DNA from: Chloroflexota bacterium
GTDB taxonomy: Bacteria > Chloroflexota > Anaerolineae > B4-G1
Assembly (NCBI GenBank): GCA_012514315.1
Contig: JAAZAN010000111.1
Coordinates: 1,000 to 64,999, forward strand
Direction of reading: 5' to 3'
Length of the DNA stretch: 64,000 bases
The position numbers and the translations under genes are program-made. The notes below the pieces were generated by a model that made no database searches, was not told the DNA's origin, and saw only the letters and a list, made by a program, of their open reading frames with translations. Below, in pieces: positions 29,990-39,605 of the stretch; the first letter of the stretch is position 1; every line of letters begins with the position of its first letter.

Positions 29990-31668
29990 GAGTTACGTCA
30001 GGGGGTGATCGTGCCACACCCTCAGTGTCTGCCCAGCGCCCAACCGCGAGACCCAGCGCCGCCTTTCAGGCTGGGCTGCTGATTCTGGCTTTCTTGCTGG
30101 GATTTGTAGTCTGTCAGGGCGATTGGCATCGCCCGCTGACCGCCTGGGTCGCCTCCTTCGTTCAGCGTCCTGCGTTCACCGTCACCGCGTTGCTTCATCG
30201 TTCGGAATTACCCTCGCTGGGGATTGACCTGTCCTTCCGGAACTACCAGAGCCTGCTGGAGGTGCGTTCCCACGCAGTGGCCCAGGGGTCTCATTCCGTG
30301 CAGGATCTGGACTACGTTCCGGCGACTGTTCGATTGGTTGGAGATGCATCGTCGGTCCTGATGCGTTTCCCGGCGGGATCAGTGGAGAGGTTGGCTGGCG
30401 ACAGATGGCCGTTTGAGGTACTGGTCGAAGACGGAGATCTGTTCGGCATGCGTCACCTGCGCCTGACGCCCGCTGACGAATTCGTTTTGATGACTTGGGG
30501 ATACCTTGAGACATTGCGGCAGAGCGGGCTTCTGTCTGTGCGCTACGAACCCGTTCGAGTAGTCCTGAATGGCACGCCCAAGGGGCTCTATGTGGTGGAG
30601 GAAGTGCCCACTATCGACTCGCTGGAGATGTGGGGGCGAGCCACAGACGTCATTGTGAGCTATGATCAGAGTGCGTACTGGGAGGCGAGAACCCGTCTTC
30701 GGGATGCACTGCCCGGCGGCGGGTTTCAGTATGCCCGGATTACCACGCTGTGCCCATCGACGCCGGCTGGGACGGATGAGGAGCTCACTGGCGCCGATCA
30801 TCAGTCAATGGCCATCTGTGACAGGGCGAGCGCCGACCTGCAGGCGCTACAAACGGGCGATCGCGCTCCGTCGGAGCTCCTGGATGCTGAGAAGGTGGGC
30901 GAGTTCCTGGCGCTGACCACGCTCTGGCGGGGGACGGCACAACTGGACTGGCGAGCTGTGCACTGGGTGTACGATCCGGTTGCGGCGCGCTTTGAGCTGA
31001 TTGGCACGGCCAGTATGTTCACACCCATAGCGCCTCTCCCCAGTACCTACACGGATGATCCCCTGATTCAGGTCGCCTACGTGCGCGCGCTCGAGAGGTT
31101 CAGCAACCCGGATTTCCTTGCAGAACTGCGAACGAGCTTACAAGCCGATCTTGAGGCGATGCAGCTCGCTCTAGGGACCGATCTGGGGTACTTTGAGCTA
31201 CCCTGGGCGGTGTTGGAGTCGAATCAGGATGTGATGCGACGTCAGATCACTCCCTCACAGCCGCTGTTTGCCTCCATCGGGGCAGATCAGGCCACGCTGA
31301 CGCTCAATCTGGTAAACACACAGCCGTTTCCCATCGAGATCCTCGATCTCGACATCGGTGAGAGCTTTCTGCTTCCGGTCTCCAGGTCGTGGGTAGATCC
31401 CGCGTCTCAGGATGGCCTGGTCAATGCTGGAGTCGCTGACGCTTCTGACAGTGTGGTTCTGCATGCCGCCAGAGCTGAGGGGCCGTATGTTGTTCTCCTG
31501 AGAGTACCATCGGAGTCCCTGCCTACCGATATTGGATGGGCCCAGCAGACTCCTGGGGCAATCCAGGTTATCACTCGAGTTGTCGGACGCCCGGCGCAAC
31601 GGATTGCGGTGACTGTCTATCCAGATGATCCCACAGTGTTTCCCTCATCAGGAGAAACCCTGCCGTGA
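29986..31668 (+). CDS. Membrane-anchored CotH-like protein with degenerate catalytic motifs (putative pseudokinase)
   Basis: Colinear with 32378..34990 (DYVPATV, LNGTPKGLYVVEE, DPLIQVAYV) but lacks RLKG, the HN and the EPIAFD equivalents. Confidence 0.75.
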   Translation: MRVTSGGDRATPSVSAQRPTARPSAAFQAGLLILAFLLGFVVCQGDWHRPLTAWVASFVQRPAFTVTALLHRSELPSLGIDLSFRNYQSLLEVRSHAVAQGSHSVQDLDYVPATVRLVGDASSVLMRFPAGSVERLAGDRWPFEVLVEDGDLFGMRHLRLTPADEFVLMTWGYLETLRQSGLLSVRYEPVRVVLNGTPKGLYVVEEVPTIDSLEMWGRATDVIVSYDQSAYWEARTRLRDALPGGGFQYARITTLCPSTPAGTDEELTGADHQSMAICDRASADLQALQTGDRAPSELLDAEKVGEFLALTTLWRGTAQLDWRAVHWVYDPVAARFELIGTASMFTPIAPLPSTYTDDPLIQVAYVRALERFSNPDFLAELRTSLQADLEAMQLALGTDLGYFELPWAVLESNQDVMRRQITPSQPLFASIGADQATLTLNLVNTQPFPIEILDLDIGESFLLPVSRSWVDPASQDGLVNAGVADASDSVVLHAARAEGPYVVLLRVPSESLPTDIGWAQQTPGAIQVITRVVGRPAQRIAVTVYPDDPTVFPSSGETLP

Positions 31669-32381
31669 TGACGCATGCCGAGGCGCCCCGTTACGAGGTG
31701 AAAATGCCATGCCCGCTGCATTATCTGCACGGGGTATCTGCCTGGGTTCGGCTGGACTCCGCACATTGGTATGCACCTTACCCACAGCGTCAGATCAACA
31801 ACATCTACTTTGATACGCCAGACTGCCAGAACCTCAATGAGAACTTAGCGGGTTCGTCGGATCGGAGCAAGTTGCGACTGCGGTGGTATGGTTCCTCCCT
31901 GAATACTATCTCCAGGGCGCGGCTTGAGCTCAAGTACCGAGAGGGTGCAGTGATCTGGAAAGCAATCTGGCCGCTTGATGTTACCGCTGACCTATCTGGC
32001 CTGTCGTGGTCTGCAGTCTGTCGACTGCTTCGCGAGGCTGCGGATGTCGATGCCAGGTTGCTCCTGAACCAACCCGTGTTTCCTGCCTTGATCAACAGCT
32101 ATCGGCGTAGGTACTATGTTACACGAGATCGCACAGTCCGGCTGACCATTGATACCGATATCAAGGCATACTATCAGCGATCTACGAACCGTCCGAACCT
32201 GCGACGGCCGGTGTATGTGGCGGACCACGCTGTCGTTGAACTCAAGGCTGCGACAGACAATCTATCCTATGAGCGACTTGCCGAGGTCATCGGGCGGTTT
32301 CCGCTGCGCCCCGATCGTCACTCCAAGTACGCTCAGGGCATGCTCGCAGCGCCAGATTTTGAGGGAGTCGAGTTACTATGA
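31665..32381 (+). CDS. VTC / polyphosphate-polymerase (triphosphate tunnel metalloenzyme) domain protein
   Basis: RYEVK, NIYFDT, KLRLRWY, LELK, YRR, RLTID, VVELK and SKY motifs intact. Confidence 0.9.
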   Translation: MMTHAEAPRYEVKMPCPLHYLHGVSAWVRLDSAHWYAPYPQRQINNIYFDTPDCQNLNENLAGSSDRSKLRLRWYGSSLNTISRARLELKYREGAVIWKAIWPLDVTADLSGLSWSAVCRLLREAADVDARLLLNQPVFPALINSYRRRYYVTRDRTVRLTIDTDIKAYYQRSTNRPNLRRPVYVADHAVVELKAATDNLSYERLAEVIGRFPLRPDRHSKYAQGMLAAPDFEGVELL

Positions 32382-34990
32382 GAGCGCCTCGCGTATCACT
32401 GCCCATCGTAGTGATCATGCTGGTATTCGCTTTTGGCGCCGGTGTTCTTTTCACACGTCTTCCAGGTGATGGCACTCTGTCCTTGCAGTCTCAGACTCTC
32501 TCTCCTCAGCCGCCTACTCCTCTACCCCCCACACCTATCCCGCTTGATACACCTACGCCGATATCAGAGGGGGCTGGGAGCATCTTGGATACTCTCTACG
32601 TCGAGATTCCGCCGCGAGGGCTGGCCAAGATCGAGGCGAAGCGCGAGGAAGCTTTGCAGCTTGGAATTCTGCTGGCCAGTGGAGGCGACTACGTTCCGGC
32701 CACCATCCGGGCGGGAAATGACGAAATCGCGGTCGAGCTTCGCCTCAAGGGCGACTGGGCCGATCACTTTGCTCACGACAAGTGGTCGTTTCGCGTGCGT
32801 ACTACAGGCGATCAGTATCTGTATGGTATGAGTGTGTTCTCCCTTCAGGATCCCTCCACACGAAGCTTCCTGAATGAATGGCTGTTTCTGGAGAATGCCC
32901 GTCGAGAGGGGGTGCTCACAGTCGGGTATCGTTTCGTTCATATTGTGCTTAACGGTGAGTACAAGGGGATCTACGCGGTGGAAGAGGGTTTCCGCAAGGA
33001 GTTGGTGGAATCACAGGATCGTCGGGAGGGCCCTATCATCCGCTATGATGAAGACCTGGTGTGGGAGTATCGCGCCTTCTACGATGACCAACTTGTCCCC
33101 TACGGGGTCAACGCATTCCACATCATCGATGCATTCCAGTCAGGGCGGATCGCTGCAGATTCAGTTCTGTCTGCCCAGCGCGATGCTGCCGTCGGCCTCC
33201 TGCGTGCGCAATGGACCGGCGAACGATCGGCCGCTGACGTTTTCGATCTGGAGACGATGGGGCGCTTCCTTGCGCTCACAGACCTATGGTGCGCGCCACA
33301 CGGTTTGATCTGGCACAATCTGCGCTACTACTACAATCCAATCACAGCCCGCCTGGAACCGATCGCCTTCGATACCGATGCACTGGTCGGCGATCTGGAG
33401 ATGATGGGGCTGCCACTGAGCGCCTTTTACCATGACCCGATTCTGCAAGCCGCCTACGTGCAGGAGTTGTGGCGTATGAGTCAGCCGGGTTACGTGGAGG
33501 CGCTAGAAGCCGAGCTGGGGCCTCAGTTTGAGGCATTGCGGGCTGCGCTGGAACCCGAGTTCAGGGCGGACGTGCTTGCGCCTCCCTGGGATGCGTTGAG
33601 GCGCAGGCAGGAGCTGGCACGACAGGTGCTGACTCCGTACCAGATGGTGTATGCCTATGTACAGGGGAGTCAAGCTGGACCAACGGGCACTGTTCAGATC
33701 GATGTCGGCAACCTGCTGGACCTTCCCGTTGAGATCGTCGGCATGTTTGCGGATGGCGAGGTGATTCCAGGCCAGAAGGGCTGGGTGGACCGGGACTCCT
33801 ATGATCTCATTGCCTCGCCATCGCAGCGCCAGGAAGAGGCGCTCGTTCTGCGGCCCCTGGATCATGAGGCAACCTTCATGCCCTACGTCCACCTGCGTAT
33901 TCCGCTGCCGGATGGTGTGGAGGTCTCGAGCGACACAGAGTTTGAGATCGTTACCCGGCTGTGGGGTCTCACGCAGACGTTGACACAGACTGTGATGCCG
34001 GGTTATGCACAACCTTTGGCAGAGGGTCCGCAACCCGCCGCTCCTAGCGTCGAGCAGGCTCTGGAGCAGTACCCTTACCTTCAGCGAGTCGAGGGCGAGG
34101 AGATGTTCGCGATCCCCAGCGGCACGTGGGATGTAGAGGGCAACCTGGTGTTGCCTGAGGGTTTCGGTCTGCGATTGGGGCCTGGAACGACGCTGCGCTT
34201 CGAGCGGGAGAGCTTATTGCTGGCCAGTGGTCCACTTGACTTCCGAGGCGATGAGGACGCGCCGATTGTGTTTGAACCGGTCGATGATGAGTGGTGGGGT
34301 ATCGTTGTGTTGAATGCGGCAGCGCCCTCGACGTGGCGGTATGTCACCGTCGACCGCTCATCTCCGGTGGCGCGGGATGGCTGGACACTGACCGGCGGTA
34401 TCACATTCTATCAGAGTGCGATCCGCCTGGATCACTGTCGCATTATCAACGCGCTGGGTGAGGATGGAATCAATGTTGTGCGGGCTCAATTCCAGTTCGT
34501 CAACAGCGAGTTCGGACCAACTGTCTCCGATGCGTTCGATGGGGATTTCGCGTGGGGGACGGTTGAGCGGTGTGTGTTCCACAATGTGGACGCCGACGGT
34601 ATCGACGTCAGTGGGTCGCAGGTAGAGGTCAGCGATGTCCGGTTCATCAACATCGGTGACAAGGGACTCTCAGTGGGCGAGGGCAGCCAGTTGACCGCTC
34701 GGAACATCTACGTTGAGAATGCCGATTTCGGGGCCGCGAGTAAGGACCGGTCTCACCTCACACTGTCGAATGCCACGATCGTGGGCGCACGAGTGGCTGG
34801 TCTGGCTGCCTACATCAAGAAACCCAGCTATGGCCCGGCGTCGATCACGGCTGAGGCGGTCGCCTTCGTGGATGTCCCGGCTGACCGTGCTCTGCTCGTT
34901 GAGGTCGGGAGTTGGATCGACCTGGATGGTGTGAGGACCTATGGCGTCGACGTGGATGTCGAAGCGCTCTACGAGAAGTGGACGGAGTAG
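32378..34990 (+). CDS. Membrane-anchored CotH kinase family protein with a C-terminal right-handed beta-helix
   Basis: N-terminal TM and P/T linker; RLKGDW.DH, KWSFRV, LNGEYKGIYAVEE, WHNLRYYYNP...LEPIAFD; beta-helix repeats DAFDGD, DGIDVSGS, DKGLSVGE. Confidence 0.87.
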   Translation: MRAPRVSLPIVVIMLVFAFGAGVLFTRLPGDGTLSLQSQTLSPQPPTPLPPTPIPLDTPTPISEGAGSILDTLYVEIPPRGLAKIEAKREEALQLGILLASGGDYVPATIRAGNDEIAVELRLKGDWADHFAHDKWSFRVRTTGDQYLYGMSVFSLQDPSTRSFLNEWLFLENARREGVLTVGYRFVHIVLNGEYKGIYAVEEGFRKELVESQDRREGPIIRYDEDLVWEYRAFYDDQLVPYGVNAFHIIDAFQSGRIAADSVLSAQRDAAVGLLRAQWTGERSAADVFDLETMGRFLALTDLWCAPHGLIWHNLRYYYNPITARLEPIAFDTDALVGDLEMMGLPLSAFYHDPILQAAYVQELWRMSQPGYVEALEAELGPQFEALRAALEPEFRADVLAPPWDALRRRQELARQVLTPYQMVYAYVQGSQAGPTGTVQIDVGNLLDLPVEIVGMFADGEVIPGQKGWVDRDSYDLIASPSQRQEEALVLRPLDHEATFMPYVHLRIPLPDGVEVSSDTEFEIVTRLWGLTQTLTQTVMPGYAQPLAEGPQPAAPSVEQALEQYPYLQRVEGEEMFAIPSGTWDVEGNLVLPEGFGLRLGPGTTLRFERESLLLASGPLDFRGDEDAPIVFEPVDDEWWGIVVLNAAAPSTWRYVTVDRSSPVARDGWTLTGGITFYQSAIRLDHCRIINALGEDGINVVRAQFQFVNSEFGPTVSDAFDGDFAWGTVERCVFHNVDADGIDVSGSQVEVSDVRFINIGDKGLSVGEGSQLTARNIYVENADFGAASKDRSHLTLSNATIVGARVAGLAAYIKKPSYGPASITAEAVAFVDVPADRALLVEVGSWIDLDGVRTYGVDVDVEALYEKWTE

Positions 34991-34999
34991 GAATTGGAC

Positions 35000-37015
35000 A
35001 TGTCCGGACGTCCACTGCGGGCTAGGCCTGGACGTGCTCGGCGGGTATTCCTCGGGCTCTGTCTAGCGATCCCACCCGTGATCGCTGCACTGTGGGGCGG
35101 TGCCCTCACTGATTCCGCCTATGCGGGGTTCCGAAGGGCGGAGAACATCGCTGCGGGTCAAGGATGGGCGGTCCAGGGATTGGCGTGGCCCCTCGTGGTC
35201 GCCAGCCTCCTGCACCTGCCACTGCATTCGGCCGCCGTGTTGCTGAGCACGACTGGGTGGATCATTGCGGTTCTTGGCTGGTTCCTGATAGGGCTCAAGC
35301 TTGAACATCCCACCTTCTCTGTCGGGGCTGCCGTCCTGTTGGCGCTGCATCCATTGCAGGGCCGTGCGCTGGGGCTCGAGCCCGGCCTGGTGATGGGGCT
35401 GCTCGCGATGGCGACATATCTTGTGGTACAGGATCGTCTTGTCGGCGCGCTCATCATTGTACCGGTGCTCGTGGTCATTGGACCGCTGGCGCTCTCGTTC
35501 CTGGTCCCTTTACTCGTGTTCAGTTGGATCCGAAGAGGGTCTGGACTCAGATTGGAGCATGTCACTGTCTGTGCCGCCATCAGTGTGGCATGCTACGTCG
35601 TAGCAGCGATGGTTTCTGGCAGATGGGACGATCCAAGTCTGACGACCTCTTTCCTGGCTGTGATTCAGGTTCTCGTAGCGGCTGGCATCTCGATCTCTAC
35701 CCGCAGGTTGTCCCGGTGGCCCCTTTCGAATGGGGTTGCCGCTCTGTGTCTCGCCGCCCTGGTGCTGGGACAGACGAGTGTCCTGGTGCAGGGCTGGCGA
35801 TTGCGGCCTGTCGATAGATCGATGCTGTACGAGACGCTGGCTCAATGGTTGAAGGAAGAGGCGTTGCCAGATGAGACCGTCGGTGTGCGTGATCCGGCGC
35901 ACCTGGGATATCTCTCTGGATACAGCACAATTCGCCTGCCTGACACCGGTCACACATCTGTGTTGCTTGCCACTATCGAGCGGATGCGCCCTGACTACTG
36001 TGTGGCGCTGGGCAGTCTGGCCTGGCAAGGTGCTGTGCGTCAGCCATGGTTCCAGGAACGATACGAGCAGGTTCATCAGTTCGTGAACTCCAGTGATTCA
36101 GCGACGTCACTCACGGTATATCGCTATGTGCAATCACGGTTCGATGAAGGGGACTTCGCCGAAGTATCAACGGCCTTTGTTTCCGACGCTCGTGAAGTCG
36201 TTGAGCTGACTGGCTACCGCCTGGACAGCCAACGTATCACACCAGGTGAGCCTCTCTACCTCACGCTCTACTGGCGAGCTGCTAGGCATTTGGACCAACC
36301 ACTATATCTCACCCTGCGCCTGGTCGATCCAGTAGCGGGAGAGAGCTGGCTGGAGATTGAGAACCGTGCACCAGGTGGACTGGCGACCGATCTGTGGAAC
36401 GTCGCGACACAGATTGATGACCGCTATACGATCGTGCCTCCTGCGGGCCTACCTCGGGGGGATTACATACTGGACGTCGCGCTTTACCGGTCCAATGGTG
36501 CGTCACTGACAGTATCAGGCGGTGGCGCATCTGAGGAAAATAGGTTGGTTATTGCCCGGGTCACTTATCCTCCCAGCGTGAGTAGTCAACCGGTCAAGCC
36601 TGATCATGCTTCTGGTGCGACCTTCGGCGATGAGATCGAGCTAGTCGGATATGATATCAGAGAACGTGTCCGGCCGGGCGAGACGCTGCGCGTGGCGTTG
36701 TATTGGCATGTCCTGAAGCCGGTCCCCCAAGACTACAAGGTCTTTGTCCATCTGATGGGCCCTCAAGGGGAGGCGGTAGTGCAGGATGATGGTGTGCCGG
36801 TGAACTGGACCTACCCGACGACGCGCTGGCAGCCGGGTGACACAATCCGAGATGAACACATTCTGACGCTGCCTCAGTCGGCTCCTCGTGGTGACTACCA
36901 GCTCAATATCGGTCTATACGATCAAGCGGACGGTGAGCGTCCCGTCGTTGTTGATGATGCTGGCAATGAGCTTGCGGACCGACTAGTAACGCTGATGTGC
37001 ATTCAGGTGCGATGA
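35000..37015 (+). CDS. Shortened, degenerate GT-C-like membrane protein with two Ig-like domains
   Basis: TDSAYAGFRRAENIAAGQG resembles the DDAYI.FRYA.N.A.G.G motif; about 8 hydrophobic segments; two C-terminal Ig-like repeats. Confidence 0.7.
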   Translation: MSGRPLRARPGRARRVFLGLCLAIPPVIAALWGGALTDSAYAGFRRAENIAAGQGWAVQGLAWPLVVASLLHLPLHSAAVLLSTTGWIIAVLGWFLIGLKLEHPTFSVGAAVLLALHPLQGRALGLEPGLVMGLLAMATYLVVQDRLVGALIIVPVLVVIGPLALSFLVPLLVFSWIRRGSGLRLEHVTVCAAISVACYVVAAMVSGRWDDPSLTTSFLAVIQVLVAAGISISTRRLSRWPLSNGVAALCLAALVLGQTSVLVQGWRLRPVDRSMLYETLAQWLKEEALPDETVGVRDPAHLGYLSGYSTIRLPDTGHTSVLLATIERMRPDYCVALGSLAWQGAVRQPWFQERYEQVHQFVNSSDSATSLTVYRYVQSRFDEGDFAEVSTAFVSDAREVVELTGYRLDSQRITPGEPLYLTLYWRAARHLDQPLYLTLRLVDPVAGESWLEIENRAPGGLATDLWNVATQIDDRYTIVPPAGLPRGDYILDVALYRSNGASLTVSGGGASEENRLVIARVTYPPSVSSQPVKPDHASGATFGDEIELVGYDIRERVRPGETLRVALYWHVLKPVPQDYKVFVHLMGPQGEAVVQDDGVPVNWTYPTTRWQPGDTIRDEHILTLPQSAPRGDYQLNIGLYDQADGERPVVVDDAGNELADRLVTLMCIQVR

Positions 37016-39543
37016 AACAGACTGTCTCTATCCGTGCGATGGCCTATCTGGCATTTCTGATCGCGATGCTCGGCATAGCGCTCTGGTCGGCCAGCTCCTT
37101 CGAGCGTGGCGTGCTCGTTCTCCCAGCGGGGGGTCCTGGGGAAGAGCTGACATTCTATCCTGTGACTGGCGCGTACGACCGGAGTCTTCGGGTCAGCATC
37201 CATCCCTCAGTCAGGCAGGCGCCAGTGGTCTTCACCACAGGAGGCAGTGTTCCGACCCTTACGGTGGGTACACTCTATGAACGTCCCATACTCATCGATA
37301 GCAGGGCGCCGGGTGTGACAGTGGTGCGTGCGCGGGAGTTCATCAACGGTGTTGCTGGTCCAGTGACGAATGCGTCATACGTTATCGGGGTCGAGAGCGC
37401 TCTGCCAGTCATCTCTGTCATTGCAGACCCAGTCGATCTCTGGGACGCCGACAAGGGCATCTTGACCAATACGTGGCAGCGTGGGCCGGAGTGGGAGCCT
37501 ACGGTTCACATTACCTACATTGATGAAGGCGACGGATTCAACGTCCCCGGCGGGTTGCGCATTGACGGACTAGAGCGTTTCGATGCGCCCAAGCAGTCAT
37601 TCCGACTCTACTTCCGTGCGGAGCACGGGCACTCTCGACTGGAATATCCGCTCTTCTTCGGACATCCGCATCAAGAAGCACAATCGTACAAGCGGGTCCT
37701 CTTACAGGCGGGTGGACATACAGGGCGATGGACACTGATAGGTCACCAGTTGATCTCCGATGTGGCGACCGATCTGGGGTGTCACACAACGCAAGGGCGC
37801 CCTGTTCTGCTGTTTCTGAATGGTGAGCGGCAAGGCATCTATCGTCTGAGCGAGCGTGTCGATCGGTTCTTTCTGACAGATAACCTGGGCATCGAGTCCG
37901 CCGACGTGATTCGACATGACGATGTGAAGGAGGGGGATGATCGGCACTGGGAAGCGCTACTGGAATGGGTCTCAACGCACCCTCTTGATGATGCGGATAA
38001 CTGGACATATGTTCAGTCACTGCTAGATGTGGAGGATTTCACGACCTTCGCGGTCCTGCAGATGTACTTTGGCTTCCCGGTGAACGATTTCACCGTCGCA
38101 CGACCTCGCATAGTAGGAGGACGTTGGTTCTGGATATATGGAGACAACGACCTGGACCCGACGCTGAACGTCGACCTGGAGTCACCCCTGTTGAGCCCGT
38201 GTGGCCGATCCGATGATCTTGCCCTTCTTCTCTGCAATATGTTGGACAACTCGGACTATCGGGCCTACTTCGCGGCGCGTGCTGCAGATCTGCTCAACGT
38301 GCAGCTAGAGTCCAGTACGATGGAGGAGCGTGTCGCCCGTCTGGCGGCCGATCTGCGGCCTGAGATCGAGCACGAGGTAGGTCGCTGGCCGGTGTATACT
38401 GACTGGGAGCTCAATGTGGCGGTCCTGCGTGATTATGTCGAAGGGCGCCCCGACCGGCTTCGGCAGCAGATCGCAGATTCACTCGGGCTGCATGGTACGG
38501 TGCAGCTGACTGCAACGTTCCCGGCTGAGGGCGGAATGATCTACATCAACGGCGCCAAGGCGGCGGCCTCACCCTGGCACGGGGAGTACTTCGCAGGCAG
38601 CGAACTCCAGCTTATCGCAGTACCGACACGGGGTTATGTGTTCGATGGATGGCGGCATGGCGACACTGTCGAGCCAACGACATTGATGACAGTCACACTG
38701 GATAGTCCCCGCTCTCTGACTGCGCAGTTCGCCCCTGCGGTTGGTGATGACCTTGTCGCGCGTCCTAATGATGTGATTATCAATGAGTACTGGATCAACG
38801 ATGATGGTACTCGATACGCCACGCTGAACCAGCGTCCGATTGAGGGTGATTGGGTGGAGCTGTTGGTCAACCGAGACAGGGTTGATCTGCGAGGCTGGCG
38901 GATTACCGACAATGATACGAAGGTTGGCACGGATGAAGGCTCGATCATTCTGTCGTCGCTGGATGTTCTGAAGGCTGTGCCAGGAGGAACGATCATTCTC
39001 ATCATCACTACCGAGAGCGATTCGAACAGTACCTACTTCCCGCAAGATGATCTGGACATTACCGATAGGCGACTGATATTCTACGTTGGCAATGGGAACC
39101 TTGATGTGACAACCGATCCGGGGTTCAACATCGGAACGGGCGACGATAGTCTGGCCCTTCTCGCGCCGGGTCTCGGCGAGGGGTTCGCTGATGATATTGG
39201 CATCGACTTCGTTGCCGAGGGGACGCGTGTTACCCCATATTCGTTCGGGATTCTGGCGGATGGTGTGGTATTTGAGAATCCATTCCAGCACTTGGGATCT
39301 GACGACGGTGCGATCTTCATCGGAAACGTCAACAATGACGATGGCGCCGAAAATTGGATCGTCGATCCGCCGGCGACGCAGACGGGCGACGCGACGGGTC
39401 TAGGCGCCGCCAATATCCTGACACCAGGCGCGCTGAATCACATGCAGGGCGGATCATTGCTTCATTCCGAATTTCTGTGGCTCTCCGTGGGAGCGGCAAT
39501 CGTGGGGACCGCCTTTCTACATCTTCGTCTGCGGCGAAGTTGA
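37012..39543 (+). CDS. CotH-family protein (divergent) with N-terminal Fn3-associated/chitobiase-like domain, InlB-type repeat, lamin-tail domain and C-terminal TM anchor
   Basis: LPVISV, PKQSFRLYFR, LNGERQGIY.L.ER, GYVFDGW, VIINE...DWVEL...DLRGW; ATGA overlap. Confidence 0.8.
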   Translation: MKQTVSIRAMAYLAFLIAMLGIALWSASSFERGVLVLPAGGPGEELTFYPVTGAYDRSLRVSIHPSVRQAPVVFTTGGSVPTLTVGTLYERPILIDSRAPGVTVVRAREFINGVAGPVTNASYVIGVESALPVISVIADPVDLWDADKGILTNTWQRGPEWEPTVHITYIDEGDGFNVPGGLRIDGLERFDAPKQSFRLYFRAEHGHSRLEYPLFFGHPHQEAQSYKRVLLQAGGHTGRWTLIGHQLISDVATDLGCHTTQGRPVLLFLNGERQGIYRLSERVDRFFLTDNLGIESADVIRHDDVKEGDDRHWEALLEWVSTHPLDDADNWTYVQSLLDVEDFTTFAVLQMYFGFPVNDFTVARPRIVGGRWFWIYGDNDLDPTLNVDLESPLLSPCGRSDDLALLLCNMLDNSDYRAYFAARAADLLNVQLESSTMEERVARLAADLRPEIEHEVGRWPVYTDWELNVAVLRDYVEGRPDRLRQQIADSLGLHGTVQLTATFPAEGGMIYINGAKAAASPWHGEYFAGSELQLIAVPTRGYVFDGWRHGDTVEPTTLMTVTLDSPRSLTAQFAPAVGDDLVARPNDVIINEYWINDDGTRYATLNQRPIEGDWVELLVNRDRVDLRGWRITDNDTKVGTDEGSIILSSLDVLKAVPGGTIILIITTESDSNSTYFPQDDLDITDRRLIFYVGNGNLDVTTDPGFNIGTGDDSLALLAPGLGEGFADDIGIDFVAEGTRVTPYSFGILADGVVFENPFQHLGSDDGAIFIGNVNNDDGAENWIVDPPATQTGDATGLGAANILTPGALNHMQGGSLLHSEFLWLSVGAAIVGTAFLHLRLRRS

Positions 39544-39605
39544 TGGGTGGGAGAGCGTACGTCGGTGAGGTGTGCATCCGGCCAACCGTGTCACAGGGCT
39601 TTGTT

